From Blastocatellia bacterium (GTDB lineage: Bacteria > Acidobacteriota > Blastocatellia > HR10 > J050): a DNA stretch of 64,000 nucleotides. A model generated the notes under the pieces. That model had not been told where the DNA came from. It ran no database searches and saw only the letters and a list, made by a program, of their open reading frames with translations. This document shows positions 18,721-29,429 of the stretch, piece after piece (positions within the stretch are counted from its first letter, which is position 1; each line of letters begins with the position of its first letter). Made by a program: the position numbers and the translations under genes. The DNA lies in assembly GCA_025054955.1 (NCBI GenBank), contig JANWZE010000112.1:2310-66309 (forward strand). The letters are read 5' to 3'.

Positions 18721-18963
18721 ATGAATCCGAACGTGGCCATCATTTCTGCCGTGCTTGCTGTGTTGACGCTTGTACTGGCTATTTTTGGCGCGTCATGGTT
18801 GAACCAACGTGGCATGGAACGATTGATTGATGCGCTTGCTGCTGAGTTTCGCGCTGAAGTCAAGCGTTTGGATCAGCGGCTTGATTCGATTGAGCAGCGT
18901 CTGGATCGCATTGCGCGTCAACTGGAAGCGATTTTCAAACCGATGCTGCCGCCGCGCGGATAA
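18721..18963 (+). CDS. Small membrane-anchored coiled-coil hypothetical protein
   Basis: 80 aa; hydrophobic N-terminal helix followed by RLDQRLDSIEQRLDRI heptads. Confidence 0.65.
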   Translation: MNPNVAIISAVLAVLTLVLAIFGASWLNQRGMERLIDALAAEFRAEVKRLDQRLDSIEQRLDRIARQLEAIFKPMLPPRG

Positions 18964-18982
18964 TCATGACGCCCCCTTGCGC

Positions 18983-20917
18983 TCATGAGCCTCGCAGTTT
19001 GGCCAATGTTTGCTCCGCCTTCCGGCGATTCACAAGTGTTTGCCCGTCGCGATAACCGCTGCTGATTCGCAGGTATTCTTCTAACGCCGCGCGCGCATCT
19101 GCTGGACGGCCCATTTCCTCATAAAGTGTGCCCAGCAAAAACAGCGCCCGGTGGGCATCCGACCAATGTTCTTCTTCAACATACTCGCGGATTGATTCCA
19201 GCTCGGCGAGCGCTTCTTCTTTTTTGCCGGCTTGGTGCAGGATGACGGCCAGATTGGCTGTGAAGCGTCCTTTATATTGAGGAATGGCTGCGCGGCCTTG
19301 ACGAATGACGTTGGCCGCCTCCTCAAGCCGGCCTTGACGATGATAACAAACCATCAGTTGATCGTAGGCAGCAGCAACGTCCGGTGTCCGGCGGATGACT
19401 TCCCGAAAGTAGCGTTCAGCTTGAACAGTTTTTCCTTCCTCCATTGCGATCACGCCTAGACTGATCATCGCACTGGGCCGGTAACGAATGGCCAGCGCGC
19501 GCTCAAACGCTGCTTTAGCCTCCTGATTGCGGCCGGCCCGGCGCAGAACGTAACCGTATTGGGTCCAACTGATCACCCCATGGGCATTGGTTTGAACGCC
19601 CCGCTCCCATAGCGACACTTCGTTCGTCCACAGGCGGTTGTAACGCACGGTTTGCAGCGTCAACGGGACGCATACCGCCATAGCGACCATCAGGCACACC
19701 CATTGTGCTCGCCATGCCGACATAGGAATGAGCTTCGACAGCGACCGGGCGGCTGCCGGGATGATGACCGTCAGTACACCCAGCAGCGGCAGATACAAAT
19801 ATCGGTCTTGGACGATATTTTCCAAATAGAATGCCCGGATGTTCAACGCCGGCGCGAATGTAGTTAGAAAGAAGGCCAGCCCGATTTGCCGCACGGGATC
19901 GCGGTCTGCCGCAGCCACCAGAAGTGTGCCCATAATGATGATGAGCGCCAGCGGCAGTCCCACGTTCATCAGATCAACTTGCGCATAGGTGATCGGGCGC
20001 AAACCGTAGGATGGACCGATCCAGTAGGGGAAAATCGTTTGACGAATATAAAAAGCCAGCACTGATGGCAATGTAGCCAGCACGTTGCCAGGGCCTTCGG
20101 TCTCGTGGGCATGAACGAAGAATTGTCCGAGGATGAAATAGCGAGCGCTGAAGAATGCCACCGTGACCAGCACAAACGGCAGTGCCTCGCGCAAAGCGCG
20201 CCCCGCGCGTGAGGCGAACGACGCCCCCGGCGCGCGGTCCAGAACGAATATGGTGACCAGCACGAGCAATGGAAACAAGCTCACCGTCTCTTTGGCCATC
20301 ACTCCAAGCGCGAACAAGAGCACGGCTGCGCCCCGTTTCCACGGGCGTGGTCGCTGCCAAGCAGAGATGACCAGCCATAAGGCGCCGAGCATACCAGCAG
20401 CCGACAGCATATTGGGTGAGCCGGAAATCCACGCCACCGATTCAACCTGCACCGGATGCACGACGAAGATCAAAACAATCGCAAAGGCCAGCGGCCAGGC
20501 CAGATTCAACCAGCGGAGCCAGCCATAAGCCAGCGTCGCCACCAGCGCGTGCAACAGGATATTGCCTGCGTGCCAGCCAACCGTGCTGTCCACCCCAAAC
20601 AGCCGATAACTCACCATGAGCCACACAACAAACATCGGTCGCCAGTAATTGCTCCAGGGTTCTTCCTTCTCGCCTTTGAACGCCCATACGTCGGACGTCA
20701 GCGCCGTCCAAATGTGTTTGTTCTGCTGAATGAGCTGGTTCTGCGCAATCTGCATCGTGTCGTCGTAAATGAACGGGCCTCTGAGTGTATTAGCGAACAC
20801 AGCAACGGTCACGGCAACAATCACCACCACGACAATCGTATCGAGCCGTCGCCACCCTGCGATGGATGTAGCGACAGATGGTTGCGGTTGTCGGAGTGAG
20901 TGTTGCTGTTTGCCCAT
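18983..20917 (-). CDS. TMTC-like GT-C glycosyltransferase (protein O-mannosyltransferase-related) with C-terminal TPRs
   Basis: FIYDD loop, YWRP, HPVQVESVAWISG, AKE and DRYLYLP motifs; multiple TM segments; TPR tail. Confidence 0.82.
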   Translation of the reverse strand: MGKQQHSLRQPQPSVATSIAGWRRLDTIVVVVIVAVTVAVFANTLRGPFIYDDTMQIAQNQLIQQNKHIWTALTSDVWAFKGEKEEPWSNYWRPMFVVWLMVSYRLFGVDSTVGWHAGNILLHALVATLAYGWLRWLNLAWPLAFAIVLIFVVHPVQVESVAWISGSPNMLSAAGMLGALWLVISAWQRPRPWKRGAAVLLFALGVMAKETVSLFPLLVLVTIFVLDRAPGASFASRAGRALREALPFVLVTVAFFSARYFILGQFFVHAHETEGPGNVLATLPSVLAFYIRQTIFPYWIGPSYGLRPITYAQVDLMNVGLPLALIIIMGTLLVAAADRDPVRQIGLAFFLTTFAPALNIRAFYLENIVQDRYLYLPLLGVLTVIIPAAARSLSKLIPMSAWRAQWVCLMVAMAVCVPLTLQTVRYNRLWTNEVSLWERGVQTNAHGVISWTQYGYVLRRAGRNQEAKAAFERALAIRYRPSAMISLGVIAMEEGKTVQAERYFREVIRRTPDVAAAYDQLMVCYHRQGRLEEAANVIRQGRAAIPQYKGRFTANLAVILHQAGKKEEALAELESIREYVEEEHWSDAHRALFLLGTLYEEMGRPADARAALEEYLRISSGYRDGQTLVNRRKAEQTLAKLRGS

Positions 20918-21252
20918 GTCAATTCCAGTACGCACTGCACATCGCGACGATCGTATCGAGCCCTCGTCAACCAGGAATGTCGGGACGGAGAAATTTACCA
21001 TCTGTTGCCGCGCTCTCACAATTCACGGTTATCATGTTCAGCCAATGGAGCGCATTGATGAGTGAACCTTGTCCCGTCCGGCTCCGGATCAACACGAATC
21101 GGCCGGCCCGCGCCGTTCGTCTTTTACGCAGGCACGACGAAACACTGTGCAAGGATAGTTGCCGCGAAAGCGCAAGCGATTCCTGAGCATGGGCAAGAAT
21201 CGTTGCATGAACTGAAGCAAACAGCTAACGACTAAAAACTGATCGCGCACCC

Positions 21253-21354
21253 AGAGCAAGTCTCCGTTGCCTCAAGCTGGAGGTCACACATCTTCCGGGC
21301 TCATGCACGCCGGAATCGTGCGCCCCCAGGGCACACTCATTCATGAACTGCTCT
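21253..21354 (+). mobile_element. ~102-bp MITE-like element (family B), degenerate copy
   Basis: Colinear with the reverse complement of 5823-5924 (GTTGCCT..CTGGAGG..CATCTT..GCTCATGCACGC..GCGCCCCCAGGG..ATTCA..GCTCT). Confidence 0.68.
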
Positions 21355-21400
21355 CGCGCGAGAAAACCGTCGGCTCATTGCATGAGCTAACGGTACGGGA

Positions 21401-22174
21401 CTACAAAGTTGTCCACGCGTGGACCCCTTCCTCCCAGAAAAAGACTTTCCCATCTTGCAGCCACGGGATCATCTGGCGACGCGCCGCATCCTCAGCCCCT
21501 TCCGTGGTCGTTTCGCCGGCCACAACGGGAATCGCTCGATAGCCGGCCTTGCGCAACAACTCAGCACGCCGCCGCGCCCGCTCCACATCGTTCACGTCAA
21601 CCGTCGTGGAAATCTCCACCGCCAACCACAGCTCTGGCCCCTCCGGTTGCTCTTGCGCCGGCCCGCACAGCAGCAAATCCAACAACAGCACATCGTAAAT
21701 CTCATCCTTGGACAGATGCCGCTCCAACGTATCGAGCAATGACGGCAGCTCCACCACGCGCGGCCGCCGCACTAAGCGGCCAAAGTAGGCTTGCGCCCGC
21801 TCCCGGTACTTCCGCTCAAGCTCTCTGCCTTCCAGGTTCCCCACCCGGCCTTCCAGCCGAGCGAACCGGCCTTCCAGCCGATCCATTCTTTGTTCGAGTC
21901 GTTGCTGGCTTTCGAGCATCATGCGTTGCGCTTCGGCCAGACTTCGCTGCGCTTCAGCCAGTGCTGCCATCTGCTCTTCCACGCGGGTCAGCCGTTCCTC
22001 CGTGCGCTGCTGCGCCTCGGCCAATGCTCGTTGCGCTTGGGCCAGCTCACGAACGATCGCCGGCAGCTCGAGCAATTCATCGGTCAATAGCAACCGACGC
22101 AACTCGGCCCGCCACTGCGGATGGTCGCTCAATAGCCGAACCAAGTCGTAATAATCATGCACCTCAAACGCCAT
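21401..22174 (-). CDS. Coiled-coil protein with C-terminal PD-(D/E)XK-like domain (DUF3782-like)
   Basis: AGGAG RBS; LAEAQRRTEERL heptads; DLLL..G..LAVEIS..DVERARRRA. Confidence 0.7.
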   Translation of the reverse strand: MAFEVHDYYDLVRLLSDHPQWRAELRRLLLTDELLELPAIVRELAQAQRALAEAQQRTEERLTRVEEQMAALAEAQRSLAEAQRMMLESQQRLEQRMDRLEGRFARLEGRVGNLEGRELERKYRERAQAYFGRLVRRPRVVELPSLLDTLERHLSKDEIYDVLLLDLLLCGPAQEQPEGPELWLAVEISTTVDVNDVERARRRAELLRKAGYRAIPVVAGETTTEGAEDAARRQMIPWLQDGKVFFWEEGVHAWTTL

Positions 22175-22634
22175 GTCTGATCTCCTGACACGCACAGTGT
22201 AGTTGCTGCTCATAGCAAAGAGCAAGGCGAAGTTTGCCCGTGCAAGAGGCTCAAGGCTTTGCCGGGCCCTGCTTCTCGTGCGTGAAAAGTGTGTCCGCGA
22301 AAAGCCCTGGGAGCGCACGCCTCAGCCGCACCTGTTGAGCCTGCCAGAGGCAGACGCTCCCGGCTATGCCTGGCGCACACGGGCGATTCGTTCGTGAGGT
22401 GGGATCACTCATGGCTGATTCTCCTGGATTGGCTTACACCATTTACAGAGGGAAAGACCAGTCCATGAAGCCCCAAAGCATGGCGAGACCTGAACTGACT
22501 GAGCGGGACTGTGCGATCTTCACTTGGCATTTGCTCTGCGTCTTATCAATCCGCATTCCGCGCCAGTTCAATCCGCATTCCGCGCCAGTTAACGGTCGTG
22601 AAGCTGTGCTGTCAATGGCCTGCGCCGCGGCAGA

Positions 22635-23540
22635 CTAGCTCATCAGCAAGAGACTGATGGCCATGACCCCCATACCGGCCATGAGGCCGAGCAGGCTGTC
22701 GTGCCCCCTGCCGTAGGCGCGGCTGGTCGGCAGCAGTTGATCCAAACTGATGTAGACCATGATGCCGGCCACGCCACCGAACAGTACACCTACGACTTCG
22801 CTCGGGATGGCTCCCGTTTCACCACCCGTTAGCAACCGCAGCATCACATAGGCCACGATAGCGCCTAGCGGTTCAGCTAAACCGCTCAGACAGGAATACA
22901 CGAATGCCCGCGCGCGGTTTCCTGTGGCATAGAAGATCGGCACCGCCACGCTGATTCCTTCAGGAATGTTGTGCAGCGCAACCGCCACGGCGATAGCGAC
23001 GCCGACGTTTGGGTCTTGCAATGCTGTCACAAAGGTAGCCAAGCCTTCGGGAAAATTGTGAATAGCAATTGCCGTCGCTGCGAACACTCCCATGCGCATG
23101 AGCTTTCGGCGATGGCGACGATGATCGTGCAAGCCGGAGAGCGAATACTCCGTTGGATGCTGGGCAATCGTGTCGAAGTCCGGCAGCGGGGCTGATGCGC
23201 TATGCAGTGGGGCGGTCTCATCGTGGGCGTGGACCTCATGCGGATTCTCAGCGGCTGGAATCAGATTGTCCACGATACCAATCAGCAGGAGACCGCCGAA
23301 AAACGAAGCCAGATGAATCCACTGTCCCCAGTATGCGCCATAGGCTGCGCTCAGCACATCAACGCCCTTATGGAAGATCTCCACGAACGATACGTAGAGC
23401 ATGACGCCTGCTGAGAAGCCTGTGGCCACCGAGAGGAGGCGGTAATTCGTGCGCTCGGCGGTGAATGCGATGGCACTGCCGATGGCGGTGCTCATGCCGG
23501 CAAACGCCGTCAGGCCCAGTGCAATCCATACGTCAGTCAT
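22635..23540 (-). CDS. zupT: ZIP family zinc transporter
   Basis: [17 protein letters not shown] and HNIPEG motifs; His-rich loop. Confidence 0.92.
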   Translation of the reverse strand: MTDVWIALGLTAFAGMSTAIGSAIAFTAERTNYRLLSVATGFSAGVMLYVSFVEIFHKGVDVLSAAYGAYWGQWIHLASFFGGLLLIGIVDNLIPAAENPHEVHAHDETAPLHSASAPLPDFDTIAQHPTEYSLSGLHDHRRHRRKLMRMGVFAATAIAIHNFPEGLATFVTALQDPNVGVAIAVAVALHNIPEGISVAVPIFYATGNRARAFVYSCLSGLAEPLGAIVAYVMLRLLTGGETGAIPSEVVGVLFGGVAGIMVYISLDQLLPTSRAYGRGHDSLLGLMAGMGVMAISLLLMS

Positions 23541-23662
23541 GTTCTCGTCCCTTGTTCGCTTATCTGCACGTTAAGTGATCAGCGATGGCAACCAGCGGCA
23601 TGCCGACGCCGTTTCTGATCTGTGTGATCCATTGGTCTTACCGACGGCGTTATCCGCTGTTG

Positions 23663-24673
23663 TCAGAGGGTGAGTTGATTTGCGCAGTAACCATGCTGCT
23701 CAATGTCGGTAATGTTGGCCAGCGTTGTCTGAGCGATGCTTTCTAACGCATTGCGGGTGAAAAAAGCTTGATGCCCGGTGATCAACACATTGGGAAACGT
23801 TAGGAGCCGCGCGAACACGTCGTCTTGGAGCACAACATTAGACAAATCCTCGAAAAACAGTTCTTCCTCCTCCTCGTAGACATCCAGGCCGAGGTAACCA
23901 ATTTTGCCTGACTTGAGGCCTTCGATCACAGCCGTTGTGTCAATCAACGCTCCGCGGCTTGTATTGAGCAAGACAACGCCCGCCTTCATCTTCTCTATCG
24001 CCTTGGCGTCAATCATGTGGTACGTCTGCGGTGTCAGCGGACAATGCAGCGTGATGATGTCTGCCAATGTCAGCAGCTCGTCCAGTTCGACATAGCGCAG
24101 CCCAATCCGCTCACTGTCCGGGTGAGGCGTCAGGTCGTAACCCAGTAACGAGCAGCCAAAGCCGTTCATAATCTTGGCTACCTCGAATCCAATTTTGCCC
24201 GTTCCGATGATGCCCACCGTCAAACCATACAGGTCAAAACCGAGCAAGCCATCGAGCGCGAAATTGCCTTCGCGCACCCGATTGTAGGCCCGATGCACTT
24301 TGCGGTTGAGGGCGAGCAGCAGCGCGACCGTATGCTCAGCGACGGCGTGAGGCGAATACGCCGGAACCCGCACAACGCGGATGTGATTGGCTTGTGCCGC
24401 TCGCAGATCAACATTATTGAACCCGGCACAGCGCAGAGCGACCAGATGAGTGCCGCCTTGCGCCAATGCCGTCAGTGTGACGGCGTCCAGTTGATCGTTG
24501 ACAAAGATGCACACTGCTGGAAAGCCTTTGGCCAACGCGGCTGTTGCCTGACTCAGCCGAGCGTCAAAGAAGACCAGCTCGTGGTGGTGTCGCTCATTGG
24601 CCGTTTCCAAAAATAAGCGATCGTAGCTCTTGGTGCTGAATACGGCGACGCGCATGCGAACGGCCTCCTTCAA
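23663..24673 (-). CDS. ldhA: D-lactate / D-2-hydroxyacid dehydrogenase
   Basis: [48 protein letters not shown]; 4-bp overlap with the upstream gene. Confidence 0.9.
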   Translation of the reverse strand: MKEAVRMRVAVFSTKSYDRLFLETANERHHHELVFFDARLSQATAALAKGFPAVCIFVNDQLDAVTLTALAQGGTHLVALRCAGFNNVDLRAAQANHIRVVRVPAYSPHAVAEHTVALLLALNRKVHRAYNRVREGNFALDGLLGFDLYGLTVGIIGTGKIGFEVAKIMNGFGCSLLGYDLTPHPDSERIGLRYVELDELLTLADIITLHCPLTPQTYHMIDAKAIEKMKAGVVLLNTSRGALIDTTAVIEGLKSGKIGYLGLDVYEEEEELFFEDLSNVVLQDDVFARLLTFPNVLITGHQAFFTRNALESIAQTTLANITDIEQHGYCANQLTL

Positions 24674-27600
24674 ACCATCTGCACTTCGCGTTGCTCAAAC
24701 AGGTGATCCAGCCACAACGAGGTCAGTTTCTCGGCTGCTGAGTTCTGCCGCAATCGCTCGCTGAGGAACCGGAAGTCAACATGGTCAAGCGGCTGATCCT
24801 GATTGAAGCAACTGAACACCAGTGTCTCACGACCGGTTTGCGGGTCTACGTGTCGTTGCAGACATTGCGAGCAGACTTCCTTCATCATGCATTGCATCGG
24901 CGAGTTAATCGAACCGATGGCTACTCGTTCGTGCAACACGTCGCGCAGCACCGTATGACGGGCTTCGCGCACAGCGTTCATCATGCGATCAGACCCGATG
25001 CAGATGAGCCGATCCACCTCCTGCAAGCGGATGGGCTGGGGTCCCAACTCGCCGCGCGCATACCGATCCATTGCCTGGACGATATTGCCGACAGTGGTTC
25101 GGTCTTGCGGTCGGTGAGGCGGGATCGGCTCGCCTTCATCCACGCTCCAGACGACGATGTCGCAAGCATCTTCAATCGCCCGGCGCTTGAACAGGTCAGC
25201 GCGGCGCTTATAACCGGCGAAGTAGATGACGCGGTTACCGCGCTGCTTCATCGCCGCGGCAATCGAAAACAGCACCGCATTCCCCAATCCGCCGCCGGCC
25301 AGCAGCACGGTTTCGCCATTAGGAATTTCCGTCGCCGTGCCGGTCGGCCCCATCAGCACGACTTCTTCGCCAGGCTCAAGAATGGCGCACAAGCGCGACG
25401 ACCCACCCATCTCTAACACGATGAGCGAAATCAATCCACGCTCAGGGTCTGTCCACGCGCCAGTCAACGCCAGTCCCTCCATCGTCAGGCGAATACCTTC
25501 GACCACTTCGGCTGTGCTCTCGTAATTTTGCAGACGATAGAACTGACCCGGACGAAAATGCCGCGCTGCCATCGGCGCGCGCACAATGACTTCAACAATG
25601 CGATCCGCCAAGCGAATGGCATCCACCACGTGCGCGCGGAATCCATCTTCTAGCACCTCAGCAAAGCGCACCCAGGCATTTTCCCGTTCGGGCTGTTCCT
25701 CAAGGTCCTGCGCTGCGACTTCCTCTTCAAACAGCTTGGCGATCTCCCGATAGCCGTGATAAGCCGACGCCATCGCTTTGACGACACTGCCGGCAAAAAC
25801 CGGGTGTGCATCGCCGTAAAACGTGATGAATCGTCCATCGCGCTCATACGAAGTGAAGAAGCCGACCTCCCCCGGTCCCACGCGCTCAACGTGACGCGAA
25901 CCATCAGCCGCCCGCACAACACGGTGCATGGCGAAACACTTATTTTTCTCGTCAATCACGAATGTACCCGGATGCTCTTTCTCATAAACAATGTTGGGAT
26001 TCGTACCGGCCGCCACCATCACGGCGCGGGCCGGAAATTCGACAATCTCGCCGGTATCTTTCAACTGACCATCTACGAATTTCATGCGCGTGAATTGAAC
26101 AGCTCGCACATGGTTGTATTCATCCAGCAGGCATCCCACCGGATTCATACACTCGACAAAGCCAATGCCTTCCTCGAGCGACTTGATGATCTCTTCATGG
26201 TTGAGGCGATAGGCGGGTGAGTCTTGCAGGCGCCTTCGGTAGACAATGGTGACGCCGCCCCAGGAGCGCACCAACCGGGCAAAATCAGGCGGACGATTTG
26301 CGGCAGCGGCGGCGGCTCGTTCGGCCTGCACCATGCGGCCATGCATTAACCAGGTGCGCACGGTTCGCTGTTCCTCCTCGTCGAGCTTAGCCCAGATGGC
26401 GTCTTCACCGATCAATTGCTTGAGTCGCTCAAATCGTTCCAGCGTTTTCTCCACCTGGGTCACGTAGTAGGCTTGCAGTTCGGTGGCCGTATCAATCGCC
26501 GTCAGACCGCCGCCGATGACCACCGCCGGCAGCTCGACCTGAAAGTTGGTCAGCGAATTTTTCCGATAGGCGCCCTGCCCTTGCAAACCCATGAGAAAAT
26601 CGGAGGCCATGCGCACGCCGCGAGCCAGATTATTCTTCATCGGCACGATGGTCGGTCGTCCGGCGCCGGCGGCGATAGCGATGTGATCAAAGCCCAGCTC
26701 CCATGCGTCCTCAATCGTGATCGTGCCACCGAATCGCACACCGTCCAGCAGTCGAAACTTCTTGCGTCGCATCAGGATGATGTAATTGATGTCGAGAAAA
26801 TTCTTGTCCCAGCGGACCGTGATGCCATACTCAGCCACACCGCCGAATCCGACTGTGGGGCGCGTCGAAAGCGGCCCCATGATTTCACGCACGTCGCGAA
26901 TCGGGCGCGGGACGCGCCGCTTGGACCCGCGCAGGTGCACAGCCAACGGCTCGATCTTGAGGCCATCAATGCCAACAACGCCGAACCCCTCGTTGAGCAA
27001 ATGGTGGGCCAGTGTGTAACCGGCCGGCCCCATGCCAACAACCAGAACGTTTTTGCCGTTGTAGCGCAGCGGATAGGGTCGGCGCGCGTTCAAGGGATTC
27101 CATCGAGTCAACAGGGAGACGATCTCAAATCCATAGGGCAGGTGCAGCACCTCGGTGAGGATGCCCGTTTCAATCTGCGGGATGTTGACAGGGTCCTGCT
27201 TTTGAAAGATGCACGATTTCATGCAGTCATTACAAATGCGATGACCTGTGCCGGCCAGCAGCGGATTGTCAATCATGATGACGGCCAAGGCTCCAATCAG
27301 GTGTCCGTCGCGGAAGAGCGCGATCATCTCGGAGATTTTCTCGTCCAGCGGACAGCCGACCAGCTCGATGCCCAGCGGGTTGCGTTGCACGGAGCCATCT
27401 TTGTTCAACAGCCCGATGCTGCACGAATCTTTGCCGCGCAGATGGCACGTCAAACAATAGTGCGCTTCGCGCAAATTTTCTCGCCGCGTGTACCGCGGAT
27501 CTGTCAAATCAAAGCCATCACGATAGCGCCGTGTCTCCGGCGGTCCCATGAAAAACTCCGGCAGATCAGGCCGTGGATGAATGCGTGCAACCAATTCATT

Positions 27601-28287
27601 GAAGTCCGTTTTGTGTGGTAGGTGAAAACTGGCCATCTGCTTTCGCCGCCCGGCCAGCGCCGGATGAAATGCCAAGGCTTGAATCCATTGTTCCACCTTG
27701 GCCAGATTGGCTTGCGCCGTGGCTCGCGTCTCCGCATCAGTGGCTTGCTCAATCGTCTGGTGGAGCGTCATATAGACCACAGCCAGCTCACGCTCCGGAT
27801 CGGCAAACAACGCAGCATCCGAGATCAACGCATCGGCCACCTCGCGGTAGGCAAATTCCAATTCGACCGGGTCCATCTCAGATAACGCCTCTGGCGTCGG
27901 CGGCTCCTTCAGCAAACGACGGTCGAGAAACTGGCGTTTCCACTTGAACACAATCTGATCGGCTCGCACCCGTTCGCACAGCGCGCGATATTCATCCTCA
28001 ATGTGAAACAGGCGAGCAATGAAATCGCCGACATAGGGAGCTACTCGCATCAACAGGTCGGATTCCTCAAGCCGTGTACGATCTTTGCCGCCTGAATCGC
28101 GATACCGCATGAAGTCTTCCGCCAGCGCCGGATCAATTCGTCCCAATTCGCTGAGAAAGACACGATCCAACGCTTCAATGCGCCGGACGCGATTTAAGTC
28201 GGCGTAGCGGAATCCCGGTATACCCAGTTGAAAATTCCACGCCCGCGCTTCATCTCGAATACTCGCAGGCAAATGTTTCAGTGCCAT
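24670..28287 (-). CDS. Large Fe-S flavoprotein: GltD/NfnB-like module fused to an FNR/NfnA-like module
   Basis: CLTCH...C, GCP and [11 protein letters not shown] clusters; GMGPAG and GGGLTAID nucleotide folds; C-terminal PGQFYRL, GGGLG and [12 protein letters not shown]. Confidence 0.85.
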   Translation of the reverse strand: MALKHLPASIRDEARAWNFQLGIPGFRYADLNRVRRIEALDRVFLSELGRIDPALAEDFMRYRDSGGKDRTRLEESDLLMRVAPYVGDFIARLFHIEDEYRALCERVRADQIVFKWKRQFLDRRLLKEPPTPEALSEMDPVELEFAYREVADALISDAALFADPERELAVVYMTLHQTIEQATDAETRATAQANLAKVEQWIQALAFHPALAGRRKQMASFHLPHKTDFNELVARIHPRPDLPEFFMGPPETRRYRDGFDLTDPRYTRRENLREAHYCLTCHLRGKDSCSIGLLNKDGSVQRNPLGIELVGCPLDEKISEMIALFRDGHLIGALAVIMIDNPLLAGTGHRICNDCMKSCIFQKQDPVNIPQIETGILTEVLHLPYGFEIVSLLTRWNPLNARRPYPLRYNGKNVLVVGMGPAGYTLAHHLLNEGFGVVGIDGLKIEPLAVHLRGSKRRVPRPIRDVREIMGPLSTRPTVGFGGVAEYGITVRWDKNFLDINYIILMRRKKFRLLDGVRFGGTITIEDAWELGFDHIAIAAGAGRPTIVPMKNNLARGVRMASDFLMGLQGQGAYRKNSLTNFQVELPAVVIGGGLTAIDTATELQAYYVTQVEKTLERFERLKQLIGEDAIWAKLDEEEQRTVRTWLMHGRMVQAERAAAAAANRPPDFARLVRSWGGVTIVYRRRLQDSPAYRLNHEEIIKSLEEGIGFVECMNPVGCLLDEYNHVRAVQFTRMKFVDGQLKDTGEIVEFPARAVMVAAGTNPNIVYEKEHPGTFVIDEKNKCFAMHRVVRAADGSRHVERVGPGEVGFFTSYERDGRFITFYGDAHPVFAGSVVKAMASAYHGYREIAKLFEEEVAAQDLEEQPERENAWVRFAEVLEDGFRAHVVDAIRLADRIVEVIVRAPMAARHFRPGQFYRLQNYESTAEVVEGIRLTMEGLALTGAWTDPERGLISLIVLEMGGSSRLCAILEPGEEVVLMGPTGTATEIPNGETVLLAGGGLGNAVLFSIAAAMKQRGNRVIYFAGYKRRADLFKRRAIEDACDIVVWSVDEGEPIPPHRPQDRTTVGNIVQAMDRYARGELGPQPIRLQEVDRLICIGSDRMMNAVREARHTVLRDVLHERVAIGSINSPMQCMMKEVCSQCLQRHVDPQTGRETLVFSCFNQDQPLDHVDFRFLSERLRQNSAAEKLTSLWLDHLFEQREVQMV

Positions 28288-28650
28288 CGTCTCACCTCGT
28301 TGTTTGAGTTATCGTCAAGCCATTGCATGATACTGTTTCAGTCAGAGCGATCAGTCGCCTTATCTGAAACCGGCAACCTGACCGCTGCCATCTGTCCTTG
28401 AAAGCCAACAAGCCTGGTTTCACGGCGACCATATCACGCCAATGTTTCAGCCATGCTGGTTGGCTCTTCGCGCGAGAAAATTGACAGAAGTTATACCCGC
28501 CCTAAGTGCCGTAGGGCAAGCGTCCAGTTGACGCATCCATTGAAGCGCCCGTCGTCAACCAGAGAAACCGAGACATCACACGTCGTGCGTGGCCCATGGG
28601 CGCCGACAAGAGTGAACGTGCAGCTCAGCGCGATGCTGCTGCTGAACGAT

Positions 28651-29372
28651 GTGGCACAGGTGTTCCCGCCTGTTCGCCATTTTCATCCTTCGTGGCGAGC
28701 CTCAGCTCGTCAGCGATTCCTATGAAAATAGCCCACGAAACACGCGCATCACACGAACGAATTGTATTTTCATCATTCGTGGCGCGCGCGGAGCATAAGG
28801 GGGATTCCTCGAAAAACGTGAAAACTCGGCTTGCGCCGGAGGCGCAAACAGCAGGTAGCCAGATGTGCAACGTCTGGAACAGCCGATCAAACAATCGTAG
28901 CGCGTTGGAGACGCGCCAAGACATGGCTGTTCCCGGCGAGCGGTTCACCTGCATGAACGACCCAATAGGAGCACTGCTGGCGCCTCTCCAAGGCGCCTTG
29001 GGCATTTGGGGATGACGTCCGACCCAGACGTTTCACGTCTGGCTACCCCCTTGCGGCGTCTAACGACGCCGTGTCCAGAGATCGCTCGTTCAGAAATAAC
29101 TATTTTCATGCTTCGTGGCGTGCTGTTGCCATAGGTGAATCCTCGGAAAAAAACCATTTTCATGCTTCGTGGCGTGCGTGGAGCTCACGGGCGGTTTCTC
29201 AGAGAATGTGGCACAGGCGTTCCCGCCTGTTCGCCATTTTCATCCTTCGTGGCGAGCGCAGAGCCCATGGGGGGATTCCTCAGAGAATGTGGCACATGCA
29301 TTCCCACCTGTCACCCATTTTCATCGTCTCTCCCGCGTCGCTGCCGGTGACATGCAACTTCTTATCAGCAAC
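28651..29372 (+). repeat. Array of six family-A units with hairpin spacers, including one family-C REP doublet (28829-29084)
   Basis: Units at 28680, 28767, 29103, 29157, 29237 and 29318 all begin TTTTCAT; the first five end in (T/A)(T/C)CT..GA(A/G)AA; spacers about 38, 287, 6, 30 and 30 bp. Confidence 0.8.
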
Positions 29373-29429
29373 ATGAGCGACTTCGCACACTGAGGAACAG
29401 CCAGCCTGTTGCAAGCTGGCGCGCCCACG

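Noticed and set aside
18147..22400. Genomic island integrated at tRNA-Thr
   Set aside because: No integrase and no duplicated tRNA 3' end seen; the accessory-looking genes lie upstream of the tRNA.
26416..27621. Long antisense ORF (also 1559..2608, 33055..33780, 55379..56125)
   Set aside because: Shadow ORFs opposite well-supported genes, expected in GC-rich DNA.
28651..29372. CRISPR array
   Set aside because: Units are ~50 bp and diverge internally, spacers range 6-287 bp and recur, and there are no cas genes or leader.
16514..29372. Integron attC cassette array
   Set aside because: No RYYYAAC/GTTRRRY core boxes, spacers are non-coding and no integrase is present.
28453..29393. Several 70-140 aa ORFs in the array
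   Set aside because: Translations of repeat units with no RBS or domain signal.
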